The translations under genes were made by a program, and so were the position numbers. From the NCBI GenBank assembly GCA_963696845.1, contig CAVOLR010000011.1, forward strand, positions 246,148-310,147: a stretch of DNA of 64,000 nucleotides. Reading direction: 5' to 3'. Position 1 is the first letter of the stretch. Every line of letters begins with the position of its first letter. This DNA comes from an uncultured Alphaproteobacteria bacterium (GTDB lineage: Bacteria > Pseudomonadota > Alphaproteobacteria > Rhizobiales > Xanthobacteraceae). Below, piece after piece: positions 14,018 through 26,708 of the stretch. The notes below the pieces were generated by a model that saw nothing but the letters and a program-made list of their open reading frames with translations, was not told the origin of the DNA and searched no databases.

Positions 14018-15650
14018 ATGAAACGCAAGATCGCGGCGATTTTCGCGGCTGATATTGCCGGCTATTCCAGGCTGGTGGCCGAGGACGAAGAGGAGACGCT
14101 GCGGCGTCTCGCCTCTTATCGCGCCGTCACCGACGATTTCATCGCCAAGGCCGGCGGGCGCATCTTCAACACCGCGGGCGACGCGGTGCTCGCCGAATTT
14201 CCGAGCGCGGTCGAAGCCGTGCGCTGCGCCATCGACATCCAGGAAAGCCTGCGGACCCGCAACATGGCCTATCCGCCGAGCCGGCAGATGTCCTTCCGCA
14301 TCGGCATCACCATCGGCGACGTGGTCGAACGCGACGGCGACCTGCTCGGCGATGGCGTCAACATCGCCGCGCGTCTCGAAGGGCTCGCCGAGGTCGGCGG
14401 CATCTGCGTGTCGCGCGCCGTGCATGAGCAGGTCGCCAACAAGCTGTCCGTGCAGTTCGCCGATATCGGCGCCCAGGAAGTGAAGAACATCCCGACTCCC
14501 GTGCATGCCTATATGGTCGCGATGCGGCGCGAGGACGGGACGTTCTCGACGCCGCAGTTCAAGAAGCCCGCGAGCAAGGCGGCTGCCGGTGCGCCGAACT
14601 GGATGTGGCCGGTGGTGGTCGGCGTGGTTTCGATCGTCGCCATCGGCGTCGCCGGTTTTCTCTATTTCACCAAGCTCGAACTGACCCCGGCAACGAAAGA
14701 GATCGCGGCTGTTGAGAAGGCGGCAATGCCCGCGCCGAACAAGGCGCCGGCTCCGACGTCCAGCCCGTCGCTGGCCGCGACCGCGCCAGCCCCTCCGCCG
14801 CCCGGGCCGCCGCCGATTCCATCGGGTGAGAAACTGGTTGCCGAGAACGTGCCCTTCATCGGCGGGCGTGCGCGGGCCAATCTGGCCAACGAGTATACGC
14901 AAGGCGCGGATTACAAGGCCTTTGCGCTGACGGTCGGCGGCACCCCCGGCTTTGTCGTTGGACAACCCAGCGAGGACGCCGCCAAGACCGCGGCGCTCGA
15001 GCTGTGCCAGAAGCGCGCCGACAATTTCACGCCGCGGCGGCAATGCGAGCTCTATGCGGTCGGCAACACCATGGTCTATCAGCACGGCCGTCCGCCGATG
15101 CCGCCGATGCCGTGGGTCAAACACGATCCGTCGACCGAGCGGCCGTTCGATCCGAAAGTCATGCCGATGTTGCGCGATGCCGGGCTTTCGCGTCTGGAAA
15201 GTGCATATGTGCCGGGCCGCAAATCGAAGTCGGTGGTGCTCGGCCCCATCGGTCAGATGTATTACAATTTCAACCAGGACAATGTCGAGGATTCGGTCCG
15301 GCGGAATCTGGAAACCTGCGGTGCGGTGGTTGGCGTGGCCTGCATGGTCATCGCTGTCGACGACCTCTACGTGGTGCCGGTGCCGAGCCTTGATGAAGGT
15401 GACCGGAATGTTCCGCTCGGCGAACAACGCCTCGATCGCCGCCGATCAGCGCGATGACGTCATGCGCAAGCTCACCGAGGCGACGACGGGATGGGCCGCG
15501 ATCGCCGTCGGCAGCGCGGGCCGCCCGGGGCTGAGCCTGAAGGCGAAGAGCGAGCAGGACGCCATCAACGAGGCGCTCGGCAATTGCGTCAAGCGCGACA
15601 GCGATTGCCACGTGATCGCGATCGGGCCGTTCACGGTCGGACCGAATTAG
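14018..15650 (+). CDS. Membrane-anchored class III adenylate/guanylate cyclase with Cys-repeat extracytoplasmic domain (frameshift ~15390)
   Basis: AADIAGYSRL, GDAVLAEF, FRIGI, GDGVNIAARLE; TM segment; Pro-rich linker. Confidence 0.85.
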
Positions 15651-15682
15651 CGCGCGAACTCGTAAAGCAGGAGCAGGTCGTG

Positions 15683-15919
15683 ATGAAGGTTGTCGGATCG
15701 GTGGCCTTGGCGCTGTTGCTCGCTTTGAGCGGCGCTTGCAATGCCCAGACGGTGGTCAAGCAGGAGCCGTTTGACGGCAAGATGGAGCCTGGTCAAATTA
15801 TCCTGGTGGACGACGGCACTTGCGGGAAAGGCAAGATCAAGGAAGTGACCGGCGGCGAAATCGGTGCGATGAATCCCCGACCTCGCACCAGAAGATGCAT
15901 TGCAAAGGGCAAAAACTGA
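15683..15919 (+). CDS. Small secreted hypothetical protein
   Basis: Signal peptide, LVDDGTCGKGKIKEV and RRC motif, RBS GGAG. Confidence 0.65.
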   Translation: MKVVGSVALALLLALSGACNAQTVVKQEPFDGKMEPGQIILVDDGTCGKGKIKEVTGGEIGAMNPRPRTRRCIAKGKN

Positions 15920-15923
15920 GTCC

Positions 15924-16426
15924 CTAGCGGGCTGCGAACTTCGCGAAGCTCGCCGCCACCGCGCGATACACCTCGCGCCGGAACGGCACCACCAGATCGG
16001 CGACGCGGTCGAGGCGCTCCCAGCGCCAGGCATCGAATTCCGCCGGCTGATCGTTGCGCGGCGTCAGCGGATCGATCTCGTCCTCATTCCCGGTGAAGCG
16101 CAGCGCGAACCATTTCTGGCGCTGGCCGCGGAATTTGGCGAGGCGATGGGTTTGCGGACCGTGATAGGGCGGAAACTCGTAAGTCAGCCAATCGGTCTCG
16201 CCGAGATAGCCGCGCTCTTGACGCCCGTCTCTTCCCACAATTCGCGCGTCGCGGCGGCGCGCAAATCCTCGCCCGCGTCGACGCCGCCCTGCGGCATCTG
16301 CCATTCCAGCCCCGGCAGGATGATCTCCGGCCCGTCGTCGCGAAAGCGGCGGCCGATCAGCACGCGGCCGTCAGCGTTGAACAATGCGATCCCGACATTC
16401 GGCCGATAGGGTTTGCCGTCGGTCAA
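15924..16426 (-). CDS. rppH: RNA pyrophosphohydrolase paralog (frameshift ~16205)
   Basis: [26 protein letters not shown] Nudix box, GQRQKWF. Confidence 0.85.
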
Positions 16427-16440
16427 TGTTAGTGCTCCCG

Positions 16441-16959
16441 CTAGTGGTCGGCAAGATTATCACCCACGAGCGAGGAAAATTCCTTGACCACGCGCTCATA
16501 GACCGGGCGCTTGAACGGGATGATCAGCTGCGGAAGGTTCTTCATCGGCTCCCAGCGCCAGCTCACGAACTCGGCCTTGTGACCGCCGCCGGGGCTAGCA
16601 ACATTGATCTCGTTGTCCTTGCCGGTGAAACGGATGGCGAACCATTTCTGGCGCTGGCCGCGATAGCGGCCCTTCCAGGTGCGCCCCGCCACCGTGCGCG
16701 GGATGTCGTAGATCAGCCACTCGGCGACCTCGCCGAGCTTCTCCACCGAACGAACGCTGGTCTCCTCGTACAGCTCGCGCTTGGCCGCTGCCCAGGTGTC
16801 CTCGCCGGGATCGACGCCGCCCTGCGGCATCTGCCAGACATGGGTGTCGTCGACATGCTCGATGCCCGAGGCGCGGCGGCCGATGAAGACCAGCCCGTCC
16901 CTGTTGATCAGCATCATCCCGACGCAGGTCCGGTAGGGCAGATCGTCGTAACGCGGCAT
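16441..16959 (-). CDS. rppH: RNA pyrophosphohydrolase
   Basis: [36 protein letters not shown]. Confidence 0.92.
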   Translation of the reverse strand: MPRYDDLPYRTCVGMMLINRDGLVFIGRRASGIEHVDDTHVWQMPQGGVDPGEDTWAAAKRELYEETSVRSVEKLGEVAEWLIYDIPRTVAGRTWKGRYRGQRQKWFAIRFTGKDNEINVASPGGGHKAEFVSWRWEPMKNLPQLIIPFKRPVYERVVKEFSSLVGDNLADH

Positions 16960-17013
16960 TCCGTCAAAGCCTTCTGGCTGTCCGGTGCACCCGGGCTGAA
17001 GGTGCGGGTCAGA

Positions 17014-18244
17014 TCAGCTGGATTTTGATTTCAGGATGGCGGTTGTCAATGGCACAAGCAGCACGCCGCGGCTCTCCAGCCCCCGCGTCCAGGCCGAAAT
17101 CCGCTCGATCGAGACCGGAAGCGCCGAGGCGGTGCCGATGGCGATGCCCTTTTCCTTGGCCATGGTCTCGAGCTTGGTCAGCGCATGGTCGATCTCGGCC
17201 GAGGTCGGCACCGCGTCGATGGCGACATCGCCCTTGGCGAACGGCATGGCCTGGCTTGCCGCCAGCGAACCGGCGACGCTGCGCGGGGCCGAGCCGTCGT
17301 CGAAATAGCCAAGCCCGCGCTTGGCCGCCTCGCGGATCACGGGCGCCATCGCGACGTCGGTCGCGACGAAGCGCGCGCCCATGAAATTGGCGATGCCGGC
17401 ATAGGCCTGCAGCCGCCCGAGATGCCAGAACAGCCGGTCGAGGTTCTGCTCCGCGCCGAGGGTGGCGAGCAGCGTCTGCGGGCCGGGATCGTTGTCGGGA
17501 TAGTCGTATGGCTCCATCGGAATCTGCAGGAAGATTTCGTGGCGCTGCGCGCGAGCCTTCTCCGCAAGTTTTCCGGGATCGGAGCCATAAGGCGTGAACG
17601 CCAGCGTCACCGCGCCCGGCAGCCGCATGATGGCGTCAGAGGTCTTCGCGGCGCCGACGCCGAGGCCGCCGACGACGATGGCGACGACAGGCATCTTCGC
17701 GGCCCTGGCCTGGTCGAATGGCGCGGCATAGGCGGTGAACGGCTTGAGGTTTTCCGCCGCGATCGGGATCATGCCGTAGCGGGTCTTTTCCAGCAGTCGC
17801 GGGTCGGCGCCAGCCATGGTCGTTGCCGGGGCGGCGGCAGCATCGCCTTCGGCCTTGTCGCCGGCCGGCTTCTCGGCCACGGCAGCGTCGCCGCCGCCGA
17901 TCACGACGTCCTGGTGCTTGCCGCTCGAGCCGTCGATGATGGTGACCGTACGGTGCTCGCCTGGCGCTGACCTCCTTCGGCTCGCTCTTGGCGGCATGCG
18001 CAGGTGCTGCGGCGGGCGCGGCCGCCGTCTGCTCGGAGGCTTTCTGGCGCATGGCGACATGGGCGACCGGCTCGCCGCCCAAGGGATTGTCGCCAAACAT
18101 GGCAAAGCCCGCGAACGCCACCAGGATCAGGCCGAGCATCACCGCCAGCGCCTGCATGCCCGTGAACGGCAAGCGGAATCGCCGCTTGCGCCGCGCCGTC
18201 TGTTGTCCGAGCGGGGCGCTCAGATCGTCGGCCGTGTCTGCCAT
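17014..18244 (-). CDS. Divergent polysaccharide deacetylase family protein (frameshift ~17965)
   Basis: VTLAFTPY, PMEPYDYPDNDPGP, NFMGARF; typical position downstream of ctpA. Confidence 0.85.
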
Positions 18245-18332
18245 CAGGGGTCCCGAATCAATCGCCGACGATACCACGGCGGGGCTCGCTGGCGGCAGAG
18301 TCGGGGCGCTGGCTTTCGATACCAAGGCAAGC

Positions 18333-18363
18333 AAAAAGGGCGGCCCGCCTGGACCGCCCTTTG
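18333..18363 (-). terminator. Rho-independent terminator after ctpA
   Basis: AAAAAGGGCGG...CCGCCCTTT hairpin with T-tract on the minus strand. Confidence 0.65.
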
Positions 18364-18385
18364 GGAACCTTTGCCGTGACTGGAC

Positions 18386-19749
<1,364 letters not shown>

Positions 19750-19753
<4 letters not shown>

Positions 19754-21063
19754 CCGCGAACCTTTTCGCCTTCACTTGCGGCCCACCATGGACCTGGATC
19801 GATTGGAGTGCCGTCCTTACGGAACTCGACATAGAGCACGGGTTGGCTCGCATTGGTTGCGAGTATGGATGCGACCTGGGACGTGGATCCCATGATCGCG
19901 ACCGGCTCCCCCGTAAGCACAAACTGTCCGATATTTACCGAAATGCGCTCCATCCCGGCGATGAGCACATGATACCCGCCCCCGGCATTGAGGATCAAGA
20001 GTTGTCCATAGCTGCGGAACGGACCAGCGTAAACAACCCAGCCGTCACAAGGCGTTGTAACCTGTGCGCCGGGCCGGCTTGCCAAAGAAATGCCTTTTTC
20101 TATGCCACCTGCACCGTCGGAACCGCCGAAATCGCGGATTTTGGCGCCGTTAACCGGGAATTTGAACAGTCCCTTGGCGGAGGCAAAAGCAAGCGCCGGC
20201 GAGGTGCGATTTGGGTTCTTGAACAGCGCCGGATCGGACCTGCCACTCTGGCTTGCGGCAAGGGCCGCTTTCGCGGCGGCCTTCACGTCCTGCTCCATTT
20301 TGGCGATCAGGCCCTGCAGGCTGTCGGCCTGTTTGGCGAGCGCAATCGCGCGCGCGCCTTCCGCCTCCATGTCCTTTTCGACCGCCCCCTGCTGGCGCTG
20401 GCGCTCGTCGACCAGCGCGGCGAGCCGCGTCTGATCCGCCTTGAGTTTGTCGCGATCCGCGGCGATCCGGTCGCGCTCCGCTGAAATCGTCTTGCGCAGC
20501 GCGATCAGTTCGCTGAGGTCGTTGGCGAGAGTTGTGGCGCGCGTGCGCAGATCAGGCACCACCGAGCCGAGCAGCATCGCCGTGCGCAGCGATTGCAGTG
20601 CGTCCTCTGGCCGCACCAGCAGCGCCGGCGGCGTGCGCCTGCCGGCGCGTTGCAAGGCGGCCAGCACCTCGACGATTTCGCTGCGCCGGGAATCGAGTGA
20701 TGTACGGATCTCCTGCTCGCGCGAATCCAGCGACCGCAGCCGCGCCTCGGCGTCGCCGAGGCCGGTCTCGGCCGCGCGCACCTTGCCCGCGACATCGATC
20801 AGCTGTTCGTTGAGCTTGCTGCGGTCCTGGCCGATCGCCGATATCTCGGCCTTCAGCTTCGCCTGTGCATCGGCGGAAGCCTTCTGCGCGGCGCGCGCGG
20901 CCTCCAGCTCCTGCGCGCGCTGCTTGATCGCGTCGGGCGAGGCGACTGCATTCTGTGTTGGTGTTGCGGTTTGCGCCGCCGCCGATGCGACGAACAAGAC
21001 AGCGGCGAGCGCAAGCAGCCTGCTCGAGGAATGAACGATCGGCCTGTGCTGCGTCCGCTGCAA
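19750..21063 (-). CDS. envC: Murein hydrolase activator EnvC family (coiled coil + M23-like)
   Basis: Signal peptide, long coiled coil, YAGPFRSYGQLLIL, LYVEFRKDGTPIDP. Confidence 0.88.
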
Positions 21064-21084
21064 GATCGCTGCTCGTCTCGCGCA

Positions 21085-21573
21085 TCACGCGCGGTGATAG
21101 GGATGGCCCGACAATATCGTCGCGACCCGGTAAAGCTGTTCCAGAAGCATGACGCGAACCAGCTGGTGCGGCCAGGTCGCGGTCCCAAACGCCAGTCCAA
21201 GCTTCTGCTTGGCCCGCAAATCGGGCGAAAGTCCGTCCGCACCGCCGATGACAAAAACGATATGGGCGACCGACTGGTCGCGAAAGCGGGCCAGATGCCG
21301 CGCCAGGCCGACACTGTCGATATTGTCGCCGCGTTCGTCCAGGCTCACAACCGCGGAGTCTTCCGGGACCAGCGCAGCGATCGCTGCAGCCTCCTCGGCG
21401 ATCCGCGTCGAAACGTCACGCGCGCGGCTTTCGGGGATTTCACGGATGTCGAGGCCGCGGAAGCCGAGCTTGCGGCCGATCTCGTCGAAGCGCTTGCGGT
21501 AGCGTTCGGCGAGCTCCCGCTCCGGGCCCGCTTTCATTCTGCCGACCGCTATGACGATGAGGCGCATGCGCAC
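21085..21573 (-). CDS. rlmH: 23S rRNA m3Psi1915 methyltransferase
   Basis: FVIGGADG, WPHQLVRVMLLEQLYR, GHPYHR. Confidence 0.95.
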   Translation of the reverse strand: MRMRLIVIAVGRMKAGPERELAERYRKRFDEIGRKLGFRGLDIREIPESRARDVSTRIAEEAAAIAALVPEDSAVVSLDERGDNIDSVGLARHLARFRDQSVAHIVFVIGGADGLSPDLRAKQKLGLAFGTATWPHQLVRVMLLEQLYRVATILSGHPYHRA

Positions 21574-21616
21574 AAGTTACATGTGCGCCAGCCGATTCGC
21601 ATCGGCTTGAACTAGT

Positions 21617-22054
21617 CTAGCTCGCCTTCGCCGCCGTGGGCCCTTGAGTCCACAATCGCTCGAGATTGTAGAACTCGCGGACTTCGGGCCTGAATACGTG
21701 CACGATCACGTCGCCGGAATCGATCAGCACCCAATCGCAATTGGGCAGGCCTTCGATGTGAAGGTTTTTGTGACCGGCTTGCTTCAGCGCCTTCATGACG
21801 TTTTCCGCGATCGCGCCGACGTGCCGGTTGGCCCGGCCCGAGGTGACGATCATGTAGTCGGAAAATGCGGATTTGCCGCGAAGGTCGATGGTGACCGTTT
21901 CTTCCGCCTTCATATCGTCGAGGCGGGAGAGGATCATATTCAGCGTCTTGTCGGCGTCGCTTTGCGCCTTCAAGGCCGCAGCTTTGGTCGAGGTTTTACG
22001 CGAGGTCTTGGCAGACGAGGTCTTCGAAGACTTGGGTAAAACTGACTGGGACAA
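21617..22054 (-). CDS. rsfS: Ribosome silencing factor
   Basis: DDMKAE, WVLIDSGDVIVHVFRPEVREFYNLERLW; start uncertain. Confidence 0.93.
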   Translation of the reverse strand: MSQSVLPKSSKTSSAKTSRKTSTKAAALKAQSDADKTLNMILSRLDDMKAEETVTIDLRGKSAFSDYMIVTSGRANRHVGAIAENVMKALKQAGHKNLHIEGLPNCDWVLIDSGDVIVHVFRPEVREFYNLERLWTQGPTAAKAS

Positions 22055-22178
22055 TACAGACGTGGCCAGGGACCATTCCTTTCACTGTATCGCGGGCGCG
22101 AATCCTTGCGCCCGCTGACCATTCTATGCATGTGGGGTTAATGGTTTCAATATCCAGTACCCCAGTGACTTACTCACT

Positions 22179-22814
22179 TTACTTCCAGCTGCCGTCCGGG
22201 TTCCGCAGTCCGGTGGACGACAGGTCGATCTTCAGGCCCGTGAGAAACACCCAGGCCGGCGCGCGATAGGTCGCAAGGCGCCCTGCCTGGTTCTCGGGCA
22301 CGCGCCAGGGCGCGAGCGCTAACGCAGCGGGCGCGGCGAGCGCGCGAAAACTTTGCGGAGGACGATCGATCACCGCCATCGGTACCAGGGTGGCGATGCG
22401 CTGCCAGTTCTGCCAGCGATGGAATTGCGCGAGGTTGTCGGCGCCCATGATCCATACGAAGCGCAGGCCGGAGAGCCGGCGGCGCAGATAATTGATCGTA
22501 TCGACAGTGTAGCGCGTTCCGATGACGGATTCGAGACAGGTGACATCGATGCGCGGATCGTCGGCCATCGCGCGCGCCGCTTCCGCGCGCTCCTCCAGCT
22601 CGTAGAGGCGGCCGTTGTCCTTGAGCGGGTTGCCGGGCGAGACCAGCCACCACACGCGATCGAGCTTGAGGCGTTTGATTGCGAACCGGCTGATGGCGCG
22701 ATGAGCCAGATGCGGCGGATTGAAGGAGCCGCCGAGCAGCCCGACGCGCATGCCGTTGGCTGAGGGCGGAAGAACCTGGGCAACCGAGGGCGAGCCAACT
22801 GACGCTTCGCTCAA
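22179..22814 (-). CDS. nadD: Nicotinate-nucleotide adenylyltransferase
   Basis: [23 protein letters not shown]. Confidence 0.93.
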   Translation of the reverse strand: MSEASVGSPSVAQVLPPSANGMRVGLLGGSFNPPHLAHRAISRFAIKRLKLDRVWWLVSPGNPLKDNGRLYELEERAEAARAMADDPRIDVTCLESVIGTRYTVDTINYLRRRLSGLRFVWIMGADNLAQFHRWQNWQRIATLVPMAVIDRPPQSFRALAAPAALALAPWRVPENQAGRLATYRAPAWVFLTGLKIDLSSTGLRNPDGSWK

Positions 22815-22830
22815 CGCGCACTCCGAAAAG

Positions 22831-22889
22831 CTCTTTTATTGACGCGTTTTCTTCACGCGAACCGGTGCCCACTTCGCTCGAAAACGCTA
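22831..22889 (-). repeat. TAG-anchored palindromic repeat (related family)
   Basis: Minus strand TAGCGTTTTCGAGCGAAGTGGGCACCGGTTCGCGTGAAGAAAACGC just after the proA stop. Confidence 0.65.
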
Positions 22890-22892
22890 TGT

Positions 22893-24184
22893 TCACGGCC
22901 GCGTCTGTCCGGTGCCGTGGATGCGGTATTTGAAACTGGTCAACTGCTCGGCGCCGACCGGGCCGCGCGCGTGAAACTTGCCGGTGGCAATGCCGATCTC
23001 GGCGCCGAAGCCGAACTCGCCGCCGTCGGCGAACTGTGTCGAGGCATTGTGCAGCACGATCGCGGAATCGACCTCGCTGAGGAATTTCTCGGCGCGCCTT
23101 GGCGTCCTCGGCGACGATGGCGTCGGTATGATGCGAGCCGTGATTGTGGATATGCGCGATCGCCTCATCGACGCCGTCGACGACGCGCGCCGCGATGACG
23201 GCATCGAGATATTCGGCGTCCCAGTCCTCGTCGGTCGCGGGTTTTGCGCGGCGTCAGCGCGCTGCACGGCCTCGTCGCCGCGCACCTCGCAGCCGGCATC
23301 GATCAGCATCGACACCAGCGGCTTGAGGCTCGAGGCTGCGCCGGCACGATCGACCAGCAGCGTTTCGGCCGCGCCGCAGACGCCGACGCGGCGCATCTTG
23401 GCGTTCAGCACGATCGATTTCGCCATGTCGAGGTCGGCGGAGCGGTCGACATAGACATGGTTGACGCCTTCGAGATGCGCGAACACCGGCACGCGCGCCT
23501 CGGCCTCGACGCGCGCGACGAGGCTCTTGCCGCCGCGCGGCACGATCACGTCGATCGCGCCGTTGAGCCCGCCGAGCAGCAGCCCGACCGCGGCGCGGTC
23601 GCGGGTCGGCACCAGCGTGATCGCGGCCTCGGGCAGATTGGCTTCGCGCAGGCCCTGCACCATGCAGTCATGGATCGCGCGGCAGGAGCGGAAACTGTCG
23701 GAGCCGCCGCGCAGGATCACGGCGTTGCCGGATTTCAGGCACAGCACGCCGGCATCGGCCGCGACATTGGGCCGGCTCTCGAAGATCACGGCGACCACGC
23801 CGAGCGGCACGCGGACGCGCTCGATGGTCATGCCGTTCGGCCGCTGCCAGCTTTCGGTGACGACGCCGACGGGATCGGGAATCGCGCGCACGGTGGCGAT
23901 GCCGTCGGCCATGGCATCGACGCGGGCTTGCGTCAGCGTCAACCGATCGAGGAAAGCGCCGGTCATGCCGGCGTTTTTGGCTTCCGCAACATCTTCGGCA
24001 TTGGCCGCCAGAATGTCGCCGCGTTGGCGCGGATGGCGCGCTCCATGGCCTGCAGCGCGCGGTTCTTCTGCTCAGGCAGCGCAAGCGACAGCACCCGCGC
24101 CGCGGCCTTGGCGCGGGCAGCGAGCTCGGTCATCAGGGCCGGCAGATCGGTGTCGCCGTCGATGGCTTTCAGGGGCGCGGTCAT
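22893..24184 (-). CDS. proA: Gamma-glutamyl phosphate reductase (several frameshifts)
   Basis: [44 protein letters not shown]. Confidence 0.94.
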
Positions 24185-24353
24185 CGGGATTTGGGCCTGT
24201 CGTTAAGGCCATGTCCTAGCACGGAAATCGATGGCTTGGCGAGGCGCGGAACCGGCATGGCAGATGGGCGGGGGTGGCCCCTTGGGTCGCTCCGCCAATG
24301 GCCTAGCGAGCCGGCAACGCCAGCGGCTTGCCTGGAGCGGCAATATCATTAAG

Positions 24354-24368
24354 TATCATAATATGATA
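24354..24368. promoter_or_regulatory. Palindromic operator upstream of parD
   Basis: TATCATA-A-TATGATA perfect inverted repeat 12 nt before the ATG; typical of TA autoregulation. Confidence 0.55.
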
Positions 24369-24380
24369 TAGGAGTCTGAG

Positions 24381-24659
24381 ATGGCCAGCAGCTACAGCAT
24401 CGGCAAGCATTTCGAGGACCTGATCGACGATCTGGTCGAGAGCGGGCGCTACGCGACCGCAAGCGAGGTGATGCGCGAAGGACTGCGGCTGGTCGAAGAA
24501 CGCGAGGATCGCCGCAAGGTCAAGCTCGAAGCGCTGCGCGCTGAAATCCAGAAGGGTCTTGACAGCGGTCCGGCAGAGGAATTCGATCCGCGCGAGTTTT
24601 TCGAGTCTGTAAAAGCGCGGGGACGGCAACAGCTAGCCGCGCGCAAGCGTGCCAAATAG
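24381..24659 (+). CDS. parD: ParD-family (RHH) antitoxin
   Basis: LVESGRYATASEVMREGLR, LRAEIQKGLDSG. Confidence 0.9.
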   Translation: MASSYSIGKHFEDLIDDLVESGRYATASEVMREGLRLVEEREDRRKVKLEALRAEIQKGLDSGPAEEFDPREFFESVKARGRQQLAARKRAK

Positions 24660-24945
24660 ATATTACAAACGAAGCCAGGTTGATCTCGATCTCGATTTGA
24701 TCTGGGGCTTCATCGCTGCCGACAGCGAAAACGCGGCGGATAGGCAGATCGCTCGCATCGTCGAGGTGTTCGAGATGCTTATGCAGAACCCGCGCGCCGG
24801 TCGCGGGCGGCCGGAGCTACAGAGGCATTTGCGCAGCTTTCCCGTGGGCAGCTACGTGGTCTTCTACATCCCACTGCCGGACGGCATCGAAATCGTCCGC
24901 GTCATGAACGGACGGCAGGACATCGATGCCGACGATATGATGTGA
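24649..24945 (+). CDS. parE: ParE/RelE-family toxin
   Basis: DLDLIWGFIA, GRGRPEL, LRSFPVGSYVVFY, IEIVRVMNGRQD; overlaps the antitoxin. Confidence 0.9.
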   Translation: MPNRYYKRSQVDLDLDLIWGFIAADSENAADRQIARIVEVFEMLMQNPRAGRGRPELQRHLRSFPVGSYVVFYIPLPDGIEIVRVMNGRQDIDADDMM

Positions 24946-24948
24946 GCT

Positions 24949-26093
24949 TCAGGCCGGAATGGTGCCGGCCGGTCCCACCACCAGATCGTCGCGATGGATC
25001 ATCTCGGCGCGGCCGCTGATGCCGAGGATCGCCATCACGTCGGGCGAGGAGCGGCCCTTGATCTTCTCGGCGTCTTCGGCGTCGTAGGCGACGAGGCCGC
25101 GGCCGACCTCATGCGTGTCGGGCCCGCGCACCACCACGGCATCGCCGCGGGCGAACTGGCCGTCGACCCGGATCACGCCGGCCGGCAGCAGGCTTTTGCC
25201 CGCGCGCAGCGCGCTGACCGCGCCGGCATCGATGGTCAGCGTGCCCTTTGGCTCCAGCGAGCCCGCGATCCAGCGTTTTCGCGCGGTAATCGGATTCGCG
25301 GGCGTCAGAAACCAGGTGCAGCGGCCGCCATCGGCGATCGCCTGCAACGGATGCGCGATCTTGCCCGAGGCGATCAGCATATGCGTGCCGCCGGTGGTCG
25401 CGATCTTCGCCGCTTCGATCTTGGTGCGCATGCCGCCGCGCGACAATTCGGACTCGGCTTCGCCCGCCATCGCCTCGATCTCGGCGGTGACGCTGTCGAC
25501 GACCGGGATCAGCTTGGCGTTCGGATTCTGCGACGGCGGCGCGTCGTAAAGCCCGTCGATGTCGGAGAGCAGGATCAACAGATCGGCGCTCGCCATGGTG
25601 GCGACGCGCGCGGCGAGGCGGTCATTGTCGCCGTAGCGGATCTCGTTGGTGGCGACCGTGTCGTTCTCGTTGATCACGGGCACCGCGCGCCAGTCCAGCA
25701 GCTTGGCAATGGTCGAGCGCGCATTGAGATAGCGGCGGCGCTCCTCGGTGTCCTGCAAGCGTCACCAGAATCTGTCCGGCGCCGATGCCGTGCGCGCCGA
25801 GCACCTCCGACCAGATGCGCGCCAGCGCGATCTGTCCGACCGCGGCGGCGGCCTGGCTCTCTTCGAGTTTCAGCGCGCCGCGCGGCAATTTCAGCCTGGC
25901 TGCGCCCGAGCGCGATCGAACCCGACGACACGATCAGGACGTCGCGGCCTTCGCCATGCAACTTCGCAATGTCGTCGGCCAGCGCCGACAGCCACGCCGC
26001 GCGCACTTCGCCCGCGTCGGAATCGATCAGCAGCGAGGAGCCGACCTTGACGACGATGCGGCGAAAATTCTTGAGCTGCGGGCGGCGGGCCAT
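24949..26093 (-). CDS. proB: Glutamate 5-kinase (frameshifts ~25760, ~25900)
   Basis: [40 protein letters not shown] domain. Confidence 0.94.
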
Positions 26094-26199
26094 GGGTGGT
26101 TGAATGATGGACGATTTCCGAAAGCAATACGCGCCACCTTTGCAACAAAACTGGAATGCTTGGCGCGCTGCCGCAAAGTCTGCAAAGGTTAAGGCGCAA

Positions 26200-26568
26200 T
26201 CACCCCATCACGAAGGCATTGAGCTTGTTGCCGTCGGGGTCGCGGAAATAGGCGGCATAGAATTGCGGGCTGCGGTTGCCGGGAGGGCCCTCGCAGGTGG
26301 CGCCGAGCGACAGCGCGAGCTTGTAGACACGCTCGACCTGCTCCTTGTCCTTGGCGGCAAACGCCGCCATCACGCCATTGCCCGAGGTCATCGGCTTGCC
26401 GTCATGGGGCAGGCAGACGCCGAAGCCGGCGCCCTGGCCCTGGCCGCCCCAGGCGATCAGGCGGTCGTTGGCCATGAAGCGGCCCATGCCGAGCTCGCCG
26501 CAGACCTTGTCATAGAATTCGCCGGCCTTTTTCAGGTCCTTGGTGCCGACGGTCATGTAGCCGATCAT
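26200..26568 (-). CDS. VOC/glyoxalase family protein
   Basis: [30 protein letters not shown]. Confidence 0.88.
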   Translation of the reverse strand: MIGYMTVGTKDLKKAGEFYDKVCGELGMGRFMANDRLIAWGGQGQGAGFGVCLPHDGKPMTSGNGVMAAFAAKDKEQVERVYKLALSLGATCEGPPGNRSPQFYAAYFRDPDGNKLNAFVMG

Positions 26569-26708
26569 CTTTCCCTCCAAACGGTGTGCGAAAGAGCGGG
26601 TGTTTTGCAGCACGACGTGGGCCCGCGCAAGGTGAGTCACGGCCAAACGTTCAATTTCACGGGAGACGCCGGTCTGTCTAAATGCCGTCATATGCGGGGA
26701 GGGTGCGC

